From positions 35,377-99,376 of the forward strand of contig CAYLIE010000006.1 in the NCBI GenBank assembly GCA_964383935.1: 64,000 bases of DNA, written 5' to 3'. Below, piece by piece: positions 37,001 through 46,614 of this stretch (within the stretch, counting starts at the first letter, position 1; each line of letters starts with the position of its first letter). The notes beneath the pieces are model-generated. The model worked only from the letters and a program-made list of their open reading frames with translations, had not been told where the DNA came from and searched no databases. The translations under genes and the position numbers were made by a program. Source of the stretch: an uncultured Anaerolineales bacterium (lineage in GTDB: Bacteria; Chloroflexota; Anaerolineae; UBA7937).

Positions 37001-39149
37001 CGAGGGAGAGTTGCGCATTTTGGCCCTCCTTGCCGACCAGGCGGCCATCGCCATCGAAAACGCCCACTTCTACGAGGGTGAGAGGAGAAAAGCCACTCAG
37101 TTGGCGGTCATCAATGAGGTGGGCAGAAAGGCGGTCTCGATTCTTGACTTGCATGAGATGCTAGAGGAGGTCGCTCGTTCTATTTGCAGCGGCTTCAACT
37201 ACTACAATGTGTCCCTATTCTTGGTAGACAAAGAGCGCCACGAAGCGATAATGGAGGCCGTCACCGGAGGCTTCGAGCACATAGCGCCCGGGGGGTATCG
37301 CCAGTCTTTGGATAAGGGGATAATTGGTTTGGTTATCAGGACGGGGAGATCATGGCTGGCCAATGATGTGAGCCAGGATCCATACTACATCAAGGGCTTC
37401 CTGGAGGAGGTATTAACAAAATCAGAGCTGTGTGTTCCCATCAAATTGGGAGGAGAGGTCATCGGCGCTCTCGATATCCAGAGCGTACACCTCAACGCCT
37501 TTGACAAAACAGATGTCATGGCCATGGAGACCCTATCCGGTCAGATCGCCATCGCTATCGAGCACACACGCCTATATGAGGAGGAGCGCCGACGCGCAGA
37601 GGAACTGCACCTCCTCTTTGAGGTGACCAGCGATGCCTCCACCAGCCTCGAGCTACACGAGGTGTTGGAGTCTGTCGCTGACCACCTGTGTTCGGTGGCC
37701 AAAGCCACCAGCGGACATATCCTGATGCTCGACGAAAGCGGCGAGCGCGCAACGGTCCGTGCCCAATACTGGGGCCCAGAGGCCTCACCCCTCGAGCGCA
37801 CCCCAGATATAGGCACCGTGTATGACCTCACGCGCCATCCTACCATTCTGCAGGCTATGCGGGAGAACTGCCCCCTGGTCACCCACACGGACGATCCCAA
37901 CCTGGAGCCGGCGACACGCGATATGATGGCCGACTTCGATGGCCGTAGTGCCCTGCGCATCCCCATCTACGCGACCGGGGTACTGCGTGGCTACGCTCTG
38001 ATCTGGGATAGCCGACGGCGACACAAGTGGACTGACCAGGAAATACAGCTGTGCCAGACCCTGGCCAACCAAGCCGGTGTAGCCATCGAGAACGCCCGCC
38101 TTTATGAAGAAGAGCGGAGGCGAGCTCAGGAACTGTCAGTTCTCCTAGACACGGCTCAAACCCTTGCCTCGTCCCTCGACCTTGCGCAACTGCTTGAGAC
38201 CATAGCCAGTCAGGCCAAAGAATTGACCCAGGCCGATGGCAGCCGAATCTACCTGCTGGAGCCTGATGAGACAACCTTGAAGGCTCTGGTTGTACTAGAG
38301 AAGTATGCCGAAGAGATCATGGCCACCCCTGTTGCCGTCGGCCAGGGCATAACTGGGCACGTGGCCGCTACGGGGATTGCAGAGATCGTGAACCACGCAG
38401 AGCGCGATCCCAGAGCCATCCAGGTCCCAGGCACTCCCGAAGAGGCCCAATGTCTCATGTGTGCGCCTCTTACCAGCAAGGGAAAGGTTATGGGGGTGAT
38501 GACATTATCTCGTGAGAGTGAGAAGGAGTTCGGAGATAGCGATCTCCGGCTGGTGACCAGCCTGGCGAGCCAGGCCGCAACTGCGATCGAGAATGCCCGC
38601 CTCTATCAAGAGACTAAGCGGTTCGCCATCACCGATAGCCTCACTGGCCTCTACAACCTCCGCTACTTCTATGAGGCACTAGAGAAGGAGATCCAGCGGA
38701 GCGAACGGTACCATCGCTCGCTTTCCCTCATTATCCTCGACATCGACGCTTTGAAAGCCTATAACGACCTTTACGGCCACCTGGCAGGGGATGCTCTCTT
38801 GATAGAGTTAGCTCAACTGATGTCCAAGGTAACTAGGCAGACTGATACCTTGGCTCGTTACGGCGGGGACGAGTTCGCCATCATCCTGCCAGAGACAGAG
38901 ACAGAGCGGGCCAGGTTCCTCGCCGCGAGGCTACAACAGGAGGTGAAGGAACATCGCTTCTCAATGCAAGATAGCCAGACTATCGGTCGGATAACCATCA
39001 GCCTAGGGGTAGCCACCCATCCCCATCACGCCGATAGCGCCAAAGCCCTGGTCGATGCCGCGGATAAGGCGTTACTGGTAGCCAAGCGAGCGGGCAAGAA
39101 CCGACTCTCTGTTTGCAGGGAGGAGTTGACCGAACTCGAACCCCAATAA
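34050..39149 (+). CDS. Giant sensor diguanylate cyclase: N-terminal polytopic membrane domain, eight tandem GAF domains, C-terminal GGDEF
   Basis: Eight repeats ending AIENARLY(E/Q)E; GGDEF as RYGGDEFAIIL with upstream LTGLYNLRYF. Confidence 0.8.
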   Translation: MPRLSKSVILKGMERLGAQYRIALLLVGLIVLVSMAGAFLLLPASSPLRGHLWKVVLVPATYILVLYMLTRHPGVRRLRYLVSTSAVLAVAVLCYDFSEDVPAILLLYLFPIATAVLFWDTATAIFTAVLSTLSHTTVTALTAPLTGNLVWNLGLEGISFFLMAVLAGIGVEKWRLRTEQLSALNATAEAASRSLDLETLEQEVLQTIQTTMDVDVGGVALIDEKTQMVVPSTFFGISQEAMDVLAPTQKVGEPLIGLVASTSEAVVVEDLPREARKVSQEVADLVEKEGLKVFAFLPIRSKGRIIGVLAAGRKSGLKFTPSEVELLASIGNQIGIAIENARLYQETKRRLDEMLALQRTSWDITAQLDLPQLLRSIVERAAALLGVKGGGIYVYHPEVEELELAVSYNLGRDLTGTRLKLGEGLSGKVAQTGEPIIVEDYRSWEGKSEKYAHNHFTSVLGVPLKWKGEILGVLNATDVAREGQRPFDENDVRLLSIFADQAAIGIENARLYQAERAKREEADTLRQAAQTLSATLDLQEVFKSILSELQKVVPYDSASVQLLKGDRLEIIGGHGFPNLDELLGISFPVEDDNPNRQVMTSRAPFIVEDVPTIYSAFREEPHAQAGIRAWLGVPLLFGDRMIGMIALDKKVPGFYTEEHARLALAFAAQAAIAIENARLYEETQKRLAETALLHKAAEVINSTLDLQEVLQRVVEELSQTFGYHLVDIYLLEEEGLRLQAQAGYDGETIIDFIPLERGVIGRVARTGQPAFIPDVTKNSDYIAAYPDITSEICVPIKSGETILGILNVECHNKRPLTEDDLQLLVTLSSHIAVAIENARFYEETKRRMSELAALQEVSLQVTSSLDLAKVLESIAESALKLVEATDAHIFFYDEERGEFRFGTAVWDSREKGGVAATPREDGLTATVAQQGEPLVINDAETHPLFTSQEAREWKVKAIAGFPLKRARKVLGVLNVAFLEPHTFDEGELRILALLADQAAIAIENAHFYEGERRKATQLAVINEVGRKAVSILDLHEMLEEVARSICSGFNYYNVSLFLVDKERHEAIMEAVTGGFEHIAPGGYRQSLDKGIIGLVIRTGRSWLANDVSQDPYYIKGFLEEVLTKSELCVPIKLGGEVIGALDIQSVHLNAFDKTDVMAMETLSGQIAIAIEHTRLYEEERRRAEELHLLFEVTSDASTSLELHEVLESVADHLCSVAKATSGHILMLDESGERATVRAQYWGPEASPLERTPDIGTVYDLTRHPTILQAMRENCPLVTHTDDPNLEPATRDMMADFDGRSALRIPIYATGVLRGYALIWDSRRRHKWTDQEIQLCQTLANQAGVAIENARLYEEERRRAQELSVLLDTAQTLASSLDLAQLLETIASQAKELTQADGSRIYLLEPDETTLKALVVLEKYAEEIMATPVAVGQGITGHVAATGIAEIVNHAERDPRAIQVPGTPEEAQCLMCAPLTSKGKVMGVMTLSRESEKEFGDSDLRLVTSLASQAATAIENARLYQETKRFAITDSLTGLYNLRYFYEALEKEIQRSERYHRSLSLIILDIDALKAYNDLYGHLAGDALLIELAQLMSKVTRQTDTLARYGGDEFAIILPETETERARFLAARLQQEVKEHRFSMQDSQTIGRITISLGVATHPHHADSAKALVDAADKALLVAKRAGKNRLSVCREELTELEPQ

Positions 39150-39252
39150 CGCCCGGAGATAGTGCCCCAGGCTATAGAGCCGCGAAACCTTCCTCGCGGC
39201 TTTGCGTATTAATAGATATAATGGTAAACTAACTCTTATGGAGGGCTTTGCT

Positions 39253-40128
39253 ATGAGAAAGGTCTTGATACCGCTTATTTGTGGAGCGTTCTTGCTTGTG
39301 GGCTGCGATATCTCTTCCATCCCCGGACTACCGAAACTGGAGGTGGGCGAACTGCGCATCAAGGAACTCTTGGTCCCCTTGGGCGACGCTGAGAGCGCTG
39401 AGGTTCTTCTCCGCTTCGGGGCAGCCAACTTCCATCTGAAGCCTGGAGCCACCGAACTCTTGGAAGGAGAGGTCACCTATAACGTGGACCAACTGGAACC
39501 GGAGACGGAATATTCTTCGAGTGCGGCCAAGGCCAGGGTGGAGATAAGCCCCCGGAGAGGGACGGAGATCAGGGGCCTACCCACCGAGAGGGTGCGCAAC
39601 GACTGGGAGGTCTGGCTGACAAAGAAAATACCTTTGTCGCTGCGTATCGAGGCCGGAGCCTTCAGTGGCGATTTCGATTTGAGCGGGCTGCGCCTCACCA
39701 ATCTAGAGATGCGCACCGGCGCCGCCAGGAGCACCGTTTCCCTCGAAGAACCGAACTCCCAAGAGTTAGAGAGGATAGAGATCGAGACCGGGGCCTCGGA
39801 GTTCGATATCCTGGGGCTGGGGCACGCTAATTTCGAAGAGATGACTTTCAAGAGCGGCCTCGGCCGCTACACCCTCGATTTCACCGGGCCGCTCAACCGT
39901 TCGGCTGAGGTGAGGATCGAAACCGGGATCAGCCAGGTGACCATCATCGTGCCGAAATCTACAGGAACCAAGGTCATATTAGAAGAAGGGGTATCGGATA
40001 CGGATATCTACGGCTTCAGCAGGCTGGAAGAGAAAGAGTATGTGAACGATGCCTTCGAGGGGGCCGCGAACACCCTAGTCATCAAGGTCCGGATGGGCCT
40101 GGGTAACCTTACCCTGCGCTCAGAGTAG
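39253..40128 (+). CDS. Lipoprotein with beta-strand repeat domain (DUF4097/adhesin-like)
   Basis: Lipobox LLVGC; repeated IEAGAFSGDFDL / IETGASEFDIL / IETGISQVTII strands. Confidence 0.4.
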   Translation: MRKVLIPLICGAFLLVGCDISSIPGLPKLEVGELRIKELLVPLGDAESAEVLLRFGAANFHLKPGATELLEGEVTYNVDQLEPETEYSSSAAKARVEISPRRGTEIRGLPTERVRNDWEVWLTKKIPLSLRIEAGAFSGDFDLSGLRLTNLEMRTGAARSTVSLEEPNSQELERIEIETGASEFDILGLGHANFEEMTFKSGLGRYTLDFTGPLNRSAEVRIETGISQVTIIVPKSTGTKVILEEGVSDTDIYGFSRLEEKEYVNDAFEGAANTLVIKVRMGLGNLTLRSE

Positions 40129-40184
40129 ATGGGGTAAGATCAGGCATCGGAGAGGAGCCTCTTGGCTCCTCTTTTCTCTTAGGC

Positions 40185-40994
40185 TTAGGGGACAAAGGCT
40201 AGATGGAGAAGGGAGGCTACGGTAGCTCCCAAAAGCGAACTGGCAAAATTGACCAGGTCGTTGTTAAACCAACGCCAGCCACGGATATGGGTGGTCTGGT
40301 AGCCACAACGGTGCAAGGCCCTCTCCGTCTCCACCCGGCACCGAGGACAAAGATAGATGCCTTGAAGCGTAGCCCCTAGAAGGCTGTCGAAAAGGGAACC
40401 CAAAAGACCGCTCAGGGAAGCCAAAAGAAGTATGGATACCGAGGTGGCTGTCCCTTCTAGAGCCAGAAGTAGCCAAGCGACGCCCCCCATGGTCAACGCT
40501 CCCTCTATAGAGGCCATTATGCCCCATAGGGTGATACCTCCTGAGGTCCCCACGGCCACCACCTTCCCCGTGGTGACGAGACGAGGCGAGCGGGGGCTCA
40601 GGACCCCTAGTTCGGTAGCCCAAGTATCGGCACTTACCGCGGCCATGCTCCCCAAGAAGGCGGTAAACAAGAGATCGTTCGGTCGGAGGAAATGGAGAGT
40701 AGCGAGAATGGCTCCCAAGCCTCCATTGGCCAGGACCTGCCCTAAATCCCTCCGGTGTCCCTTGGCGAACTTCTCCGCCAGCGCTTGCTTCTGGCTCCTC
40801 TTATAATGAGATAAGAGAGTAGCCAGGACAAAGAAGGCTATGAGCAATAGACCCCAGCTCCAGCCTCCCAGCCCAAAGGTGATGGTGCCCACCAGTATGG
40901 CTCCCAAGACCCCGCTTCGGGAGAGGGAGCGGCCCTCATAAGCAACAACAGATATAGCCAGACTCAAGAGAAACCCACCAACTAAGTCAAGCAT
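40185..40994 (-). CDS. DUF92/TMEM19-family integral membrane protein
   Basis: GGLGAILA and SADTWATELG blocks. Confidence 0.5.
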   Translation of the reverse strand: MLDLVGGFLLSLAISVVAYEGRSLSRSGVLGAILVGTITFGLGGWSWGLLLIAFFVLATLLSHYKRSQKQALAEKFAKGHRRDLGQVLANGGLGAILATLHFLRPNDLLFTAFLGSMAAVSADTWATELGVLSPRSPRLVTTGKVVAVGTSGGITLWGIMASIEGALTMGGVAWLLLALEGTATSVSILLLASLSGLLGSLFDSLLGATLQGIYLCPRCRVETERALHRCGYQTTHIRGWRWFNNDLVNFASSLLGATVASLLHLAFVP

Positions 40995-41666
40995 CTAGAC
41001 CGCCAACAAGAGATAAAGGAGCCCCGTAGAGAAGAAGGGCACGCTAAGGTTGTCCAGACCCCAGGGAGAGAAAGCCTCCACCAGGGTAGCCCCTAGAGCT
41101 ATGAGGAAGGAGTAGAGAAAGCCCTCGGCTGGGGAGAGGGGCAAACCTACCAGGAGCAAGACCACAAAGGTGGCCGACAGGCTGAAGAGGAACATGGTCA
41201 CCGAGCCCTCCCAGGAGCGACGGCTGCCCAGAACCTGGTACCGGTGGCGTCCCCATCGCACTCCTATCAAAGAGGCGAAAGCGTCCCCCCAGGTCATGGG
41301 CATGACCCCCGCGGCGACTATCCCCTCTTGACCCCGCGGCCAGAGGAGGAGGAGAAGAATGGTGATGGAGAGGGCGAAATAGACGGTTCCCGGCGTCGAA
41401 CCCCGGGTATCCATCGCTTTGAAGATAGTGAAGCGATAAAAGATATAGTTGAGGATCACGAAACTGGCCGTAGGGACGACCCCCCACCACCAATGGTCGA
41501 AGATGTAAATGATGCCTACCACCCAGGAACCAGCCGCGATATGAATAACCTTACGGGTGAACTCCGTAGGCCAACCTCGCCAAGCCCTCACCACCTCCGC
41601 CAACCCTATGAGGCCGAAAGCGAAGACGTAAGAGAGGACCAAGCCTAATATATCCTGTCCTGACAT
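40995..41666 (-). CDS. CTP-dependent polyprenol/diacylglycerol-kinase-like protein (CTP_transf_1 / dolichol-phytol kinase family)
   Basis: WGDAFASLIGVRWGRH C-terminal motif, polytopic; abuts the DUF92 gene (stop/start adjacent). Confidence 0.45.
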   Translation of the reverse strand: MSGQDILGLVLSYVFAFGLIGLAEVVRAWRGWPTEFTRKVIHIAAGSWVVGIIYIFDHWWWGVVPTASFVILNYIFYRFTIFKAMDTRGSTPGTVYFALSITILLLLLWPRGQEGIVAAGVMPMTWGDAFASLIGVRWGRHRYQVLGSRRSWEGSVTMFLFSLSATFVVLLLVGLPLSPAEGFLYSFLIALGATLVEAFSPWGLDNLSVPFFSTGLLYLLLAV

Positions 41667-41825
41667 GCTAACCCTCCCATACGGGAATCACTGCCGCGCC
41701 CAGAAAAAAAAGCGCCCAACAGGAATGGCAGCCCCACCCGGGGTCTGGCGACGTGCTCCATCGTAGCTACTGCGCGCCGAAACTGAAGGCGAGGCCTATT
41801 ATTGTGCGCAGGGCAAACAGGTTGA

Positions 41826-42743
41826 CTATGGCGCCCTCCCCGAGCGAATCCTCCTCAGGAGGCTCCAGAGATATTGATCGGCCTGCACTACAAAGACGCC
41901 AAAAACAACGACCACTAGACCTACAACCATCCTAAGCGTCAGTTCCTCTCCCAGAAAGAGCCAGGCCCAGAGGGCTATCTGCAAGGGCATAGTATTCGCC
42001 ACCATAGCCTGCTCAAAGGCCCTGAGGTGTTCCAGGGCATGATTCCAGAGCAGATAGGCGAAGGCCGTGTTAGCCACAACCAGCCAGAGGAGGATCGCTA
42101 TACCGGTCATGGTCAGTCGAGGCAGGGGTTCAGAAGCCGCAGGCAGAAAGAGGAGCCCGCCTCCTATCCCCAGGCTGATGATGGTCAACCATAAGGGGCC
42201 GGGGATACCATCCCGGGAGAGATCTCGAACGAGTATCATCTGATAGGCAAAGGAGAGCGCTGCCCCCAGGGCGATGATGATCCCCATAGCCTGCCCCGCG
42301 GCCACGTCAAGGGGGAAGAAGATGTAGGCCCCGATCAAGGCCAAACCTATCCCCCCAGCCTGGAGGAGCGAGGGGCGCTCGCGGAGGTGGACCACCCCCA
42401 AGAGCGCTACCAGAAGAGGTATCAGGCCCTGTATAAAGGAAGCCATCACCGCAGGGATCATGGTGAGCGATAAGAAGAGTAAGCCATTGCCCAGGGTATA
42501 TTGTGCGATGCCTATCCCCACCACCTTGGCCCATCTGCGGAGCCCCAGATTTTGGGGCGGCCCCTGCCTCCTCAGCGCCAGGACGAAAGCCAGAAGGACC
42601 AAGAAGCCCCCGAAATAGCGCAGGCCAGCGAAGAGGAAAGGAGGCAACTCCTCCAAGCCCCACTTGATGAGAACGAAAGAGAATGACCAGAGGATGGTGA
42701 CCAGCGTGGCTTCTAGCAAGGCGAGGAGATGTAGACTGATCAT
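41826..42743 (-). CDS. DMT-superfamily (EamA) transporter
   Basis: Two EamA repeats, 10 TM. Confidence 0.7.
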   Translation of the reverse strand: MISLHLLALLEATLVTILWSFSFVLIKWGLEELPPFLFAGLRYFGGFLVLLAFVLALRRQGPPQNLGLRRWAKVVGIGIAQYTLGNGLLFLSLTMIPAVMASFIQGLIPLLVALLGVVHLRERPSLLQAGGIGLALIGAYIFFPLDVAAGQAMGIIIALGAALSFAYQMILVRDLSRDGIPGPLWLTIISLGIGGGLLFLPAASEPLPRLTMTGIAILLWLVVANTAFAYLLWNHALEHLRAFEQAMVANTMPLQIALWAWLFLGEELTLRMVVGLVVVVFGVFVVQADQYLWSLLRRIRSGRAP

Positions 42744-42948
42744 CTCTCCACTCTTACGTAACGTCGCCCCTTGTGCGCGACGTATGCCCCCCTTTCTCGA
42801 CTACTCACCGCTCCCAAGTGATACTATTAGAGAACACTAGGGCGATTCTTCCCGCTACTATACCATAACCAGCCTCAAACCTCTATCTCCGAGAATGAAA
42901 AGGCGGCCTCACTATGGAAGCCGCTCTTCCGCGCTCTCCACCTGATCT

Positions 42949-43557
42949 TTATTTCTCCGGCTCCAGAATCCGCACCTCGCAACTGCAAAGCCACTTGAAC
43001 TTCTCTGCATCGGCTCGGGAGCCCACGATCTCCCCGTAATGCATGGGGACGGCCACTTGGGGGTTGATCCTCTCCGCGGCCTGGGCTGCCTCCTCAGCAG
43101 TCATGGTAGGTCCCGCCACAGGGAGAAGGGCTATGTCAGCCTCGATCCCGTCCATCTCCGGGATCAAATCCGTATCCCCAGCATGGTAGATACGGCTCCC
43201 GCCCATCTCGATTATGAAGCCCACCCCACCAGCAGCCTTAGGATGATTGGGCTTATCGGTATTATAGGCGGGCACGGCCTCGATAGTCACCTCGTCTATC
43301 TTTAGACTATCCCCAGGCTTCAAGATGCGCACGTCACCCCTGAACTTACCAGCGCAGTCGGCCACAGTGACGATCACCGTCCCCTCTTTTTGCAACTTAG
43401 CCACATCTTGAGGTGAACAGTGGTCGTAGTGGGAGTGAGTGACCAATATTATATCTGCCGGCTCTGCCCTGCCCAGTTTCCAAGGGTCGATATAGACCAC
43501 CTTATCGTCCACGATCTTGAAACTGGCGTGCCCCAGCCAACTGATCTTCTCTATCAT
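42949..43557 (-). CDS. MBL-fold metallo-hydrolase
   Basis: ILVTHSHYDH motif. Confidence 0.75.
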   Translation of the reverse strand: MIEKISWLGHASFKIVDDKVVYIDPWKLGRAEPADIILVTHSHYDHCSPQDVAKLQKEGTVIVTVADCAGKFRGDVRILKPGDSLKIDEVTIEAVPAYNTDKPNHPKAAGGVGFIIEMGGSRIYHAGDTDLIPEMDGIEADIALLPVAGPTMTAEEAAQAAERINPQVAVPMHYGEIVGSRADAEKFKWLCSCEVRILEPEK

Positions 43558-43578
43558 CCAACCACCTCAATTCAAGAA

Positions 43579-44277
43579 CTAGAAACTACATCTGAATGTT
43601 ATGTTCTGATGATGTCCTGAGCCCCACCATTTGTAGCGGAAGCTCTCCCTTATGGATAAAGCTGGCGCACCAGGATCGCAACTCCCCTTAATAGTGAGAT
43701 AATATTGCATGTCTGGGCCAGCCGGAGCCCAGAATTCGTGCTTCCAGAACCCAGGCTCCCAGTACTTGCTGGGATCCCCAGTGACCACACAGGCAGTGCC
43801 CAGATTCTGATGCTCAAAATAGACACCGTAATCATTGAGAGGGTTGCCAGCGGCATCGATGATGTAACCTTCAAAGATAGAGGAGGGCTGGCCTTCGCCC
43901 GGCTTCCCAGCCGCCGACGCCTTCTTGCTACCCGCCACATAGGAGCAAGCGTGAACCACTGGTGTAGGGGTATGAGTGGGGGTAGCGGTTGGAGGGGGAG
44001 GCGGCGGAGGGATAGGGGTGTTGGTAGCTGTAGGCATCGCCGTCGGCGAGGCGGCCGGGGTGGGAGTATCGGTGGGAACGGTGACTGGGGTATTCGTGGC
44101 TGTGGGAGTAGCCTCCGGAGTCGGTGTCTCTGTGACCAAAGGGGTGAAGGTGGGCTTAGGTGTCCTAGAGGGTGTAGGGGTCGCTGTGGGTGCTTGAGAG
44201 ACCAATTGACCAAGGGCACAGCCAGAGATTCCAATAAGGATAGAGATGGCGGTCAAAAGGGCGATCCCTTTTCTCAT
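43579..44277 (-). CDS. Lipoprotein with Thr/Pro-rich linker and Cys-containing C-terminal domain
   Basis: Lipobox ISGC; (TPTP)n low-complexity linker. Confidence 0.5.
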   Translation of the reverse strand: MRKGIALLTAISILIGISGCALGQLVSQAPTATPTPSRTPKPTFTPLVTETPTPEATPTATNTPVTVPTDTPTPAASPTAMPTATNTPIPPPPPPPTATPTHTPTPVVHACSYVAGSKKASAAGKPGEGQPSSIFEGYIIDAAGNPLNDYGVYFEHQNLGTACVVTGDPSKYWEPGFWKHEFWAPAGPDMQYYLTIKGSCDPGAPALSIRESFRYKWWGSGHHQNITFRCSF

Positions 44278-44400
44278 GGAGCGGCTCCTCTTCTTTCCCT
44301 CGAATTAAACGAGACCCCTATAGACAGTAAGTGAAACGATGGTGGGAAAAGGTTACCTGAGGACAAAGACCACTCATCAAACAAAAACGAACCCGGAGGG

Positions 44401-44751
44401 CTACCCCGGCACCTCGAACCGGTATCCTACCCCGCGCACCGTTCGCAGGTATACCGGCTTGCTCGGGTTATCCTCGATCTTCTCGCGGAGCCATCGGATG
44501 TGAACATCCAAAGTCCTTGTATCCTCCGTCCAGTCGGTTTCCCACACCTTCTTCATAAGGAACTTGCGGGTAAGCACCGCACCGCCGTTGTTCATGAAGG
44601 TCTGGAGCAAAGCACACTCCTTGGGCGTCAACCGAACGGTCGCCTTGCCCTTGATAACACAGCGATTCTCGAGGTCTAAAGATATACCCCCAGCCTGGAG
44701 ATGCCCAGCCTTTCTTTTCCTGCGGGTTCGAGGGGTTTTTCGCTTTGCCAT
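44401..44751 (-). CDS. Stand-alone OmpR/PhoB-type winged-helix DNA-binding protein (no receiver domain)
   Basis: LTPKECALL...LMKKVW...DVHIRWLREKIE...YLRTVRGVGYRF effector-domain motifs; basic N-terminal tail. Confidence 0.55.
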   Translation of the reverse strand: MAKRKTPRTRRKRKAGHLQAGGISLDLENRCVIKGKATVRLTPKECALLQTFMNNGGAVLTRKFLMKKVWETDWTEDTRTLDVHIRWLREKIEDNPSKPVYLRTVRGVGYRFEVPG

Positions 44752-44944
44752 TCGGTTGACCTTGTTACCCGCATCCGCGGGAATACAGAGGAAAAGACGT
44801 TCCTAGTATACAACGATGTCGCCCAACTGTCAACATCATCCATTATATAACAGCCTTTCTTCTCTTGGCAACCTTTGGCTATCGAGAGGAGAAAGGGCCA
44901 TCGCTATTCGATGGCCCTTGAAAATCGATCCTCCCCGCCTACAT

Positions 44945-45784
44945 CTAATGGCGGCCCCTGCCCTTTCCGCGGTCTTCGGGAGGGCCAATGCCTTCTTTCT
45001 TCTCCTGTCCGGGTGGCACCTCGGGCCGCCCTTGTTGGATAGCCTCCCTAGCCCGCTCATGGCCCCGTCTTGAAACCTCAAGAGCCCTTTCTAGAGCAGG
45101 CTTAGCCTGCTCCGGAACGCGGCTCTGGACCCTTTGAAGCACCTCCTGCTGACGCTCGGTAAGATCGACCATTTTCTCAAAGAGGGGCTCGCGATTCCCT
45201 TCCGGGGCTACCTCTATCTCCTCCAGGGTTCCTTCCGTTTCCGTGGCCAGTTCCACTAAGACGCTTTCCTCCACTTCTTCGCCCCTGTTATCCAACGCTT
45301 CTATCTCCTCCATCCTACGCCTTGCGAACTCCAAGCGGAGATGAGTCTTACCAGGCGGGTCACGAACCACCAGGAGCCCTAGCCTTTCGGTCACCCTCTT
45401 TACAGGATACAAGGGGTCTCCGGGTATACTGCTTTGCGCGGCGATGGCGGTACCGGCACTGGCTAGCGCCAGGGCCAGGATCACGGCCCAGACGGCTGCC
45501 CATCTCCTCGCCCTTCCAGGGGAAAAGATAGGAGTCAAGTACCGATCCCAGAGAGAGCGCCTCCTGGCTCGCTGTAGAGCCTTCGCCTTCTCAACTAGGC
45601 GTTTTTCCAAGTCGCCCACGAAGGCCTCTGTTGGCGGGACTGAGACCTTCTGGATTCGACTAGCAAGTTTCAGAAGAGGCCTTATCTCCTCGGCCAAAGG
45701 CTCCAGATTTTCGCCCTTGCGAAGACGCTCTAAACTTTCATCCAACAACGATTCAAAACCCTTTTTCACCACGCGGTTCTCCAC
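44945..45784 (-). CDS. Putative anti-sigma factor (single TM, extracytoplasmic coiled coil), downstream of ECF sigma
   Basis: Position and topology only. Confidence 0.35.
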   Translation of the reverse strand: MENRVVKKGFESLLDESLERLRKGENLEPLAEEIRPLLKLASRIQKVSVPPTEAFVGDLEKRLVEKAKALQRARRRSLWDRYLTPIFSPGRARRWAAVWAVILALALASAGTAIAAQSSIPGDPLYPVKRVTERLGLLVVRDPPGKTHLRLEFARRRMEEIEALDNRGEEVEESVLVELATETEGTLEEIEVAPEGNREPLFEKMVDLTERQQEVLQRVQSRVPEQAKPALERALEVSRRGHERAREAIQQGRPEVPPGQEKKEGIGPPEDRGKGRGRH

Positions 45785-45879
45785 CCGTTCACTATGCCTC
45801 TTTACGGAGTCTTTCCTCGAGACCTCTTAATCCCAAGAGATGACCATCAGTTCCCAAAACCCTCCCCCGGTTCTCTCCC

Positions 45880-46416
45880 TCATCCTTCCTTCTCCAAGAA
45901 TCGCCTCAGCGAGACCAAGGCCCGATGCTGAAGAGATTTCACTGCTCCTTCGCTCTTCTCCAACAACCGCCCTACTTCCGCATTGGTGAGCCCTTCTCCA
46001 AACTTGAGAACTATCACCTGCTGTTGCCCCTCCGTCAACCGCCCGAAGGCCTGGCGAAGGCGCTCCCTGGCCAACGCCGCCTCGGTCATAGCCGCGGGAC
46101 CTTCGCCAGGAGCGCTAAGCCTCTCACTCAGGGAAACGGTTTCTTTCCTGGCCTGACGGCGAAAGTAGTCCACCACTCGATCATGGGCGATGCGGAAGAG
46201 CCAGGCGGCGAAAGGCACCCCTCGATAGCCAAACGACTCTATCCCCTCCAGCATTTTAAGGAAGACATCGGCAGTCAGATCCTCCGCCAGATCCTCCCGG
46301 CCAACCCGTAGATGGATATACCGGTAGATAGCGCCCACGTGGTGGCGATAAAGCAGAGCGAGAGCCTGGGGATCGTACTCCCTGGCCCGCCGGATAAGCC
46401 CTTCCTCATCTGGCAC
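45880..46416 (-). CDS. ECF-type RNA polymerase sigma factor
   Basis: Region 2 and 4 motifs (FLKMLEGIESF..., AEVGRLLEKSEGAVKSLQHRA). Confidence 0.8.
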   Translation of the reverse strand: MPDEEGLIRRAREYDPQALALLYRHHVGAIYRYIHLRVGREDLAEDLTADVFLKMLEGIESFGYRGVPFAAWLFRIAHDRVVDYFRRQARKETVSLSERLSAPGEGPAAMTEAALARERLRQAFGRLTEGQQQVIVLKFGEGLTNAEVGRLLEKSEGAVKSLQHRALVSLRRFLEKEG

Positions 46417-46614
46417 TTTCCAAACTCGCTATCTGTTATCTTATACCGCTACAGAGTGTGAAAAGATACGGATATTGCCCCTTAGCAGATCAGATTTATA
46501 TACCCGTATCCTTTTATCCTATCGTACGGTATTAGCTATGAAAAGGCCCAGGTTCTGGCATAGTCTTCTTAACATTATAGCATGAATCAAATTCTTAGAT
46601 GGGAGAGAAAAGGG

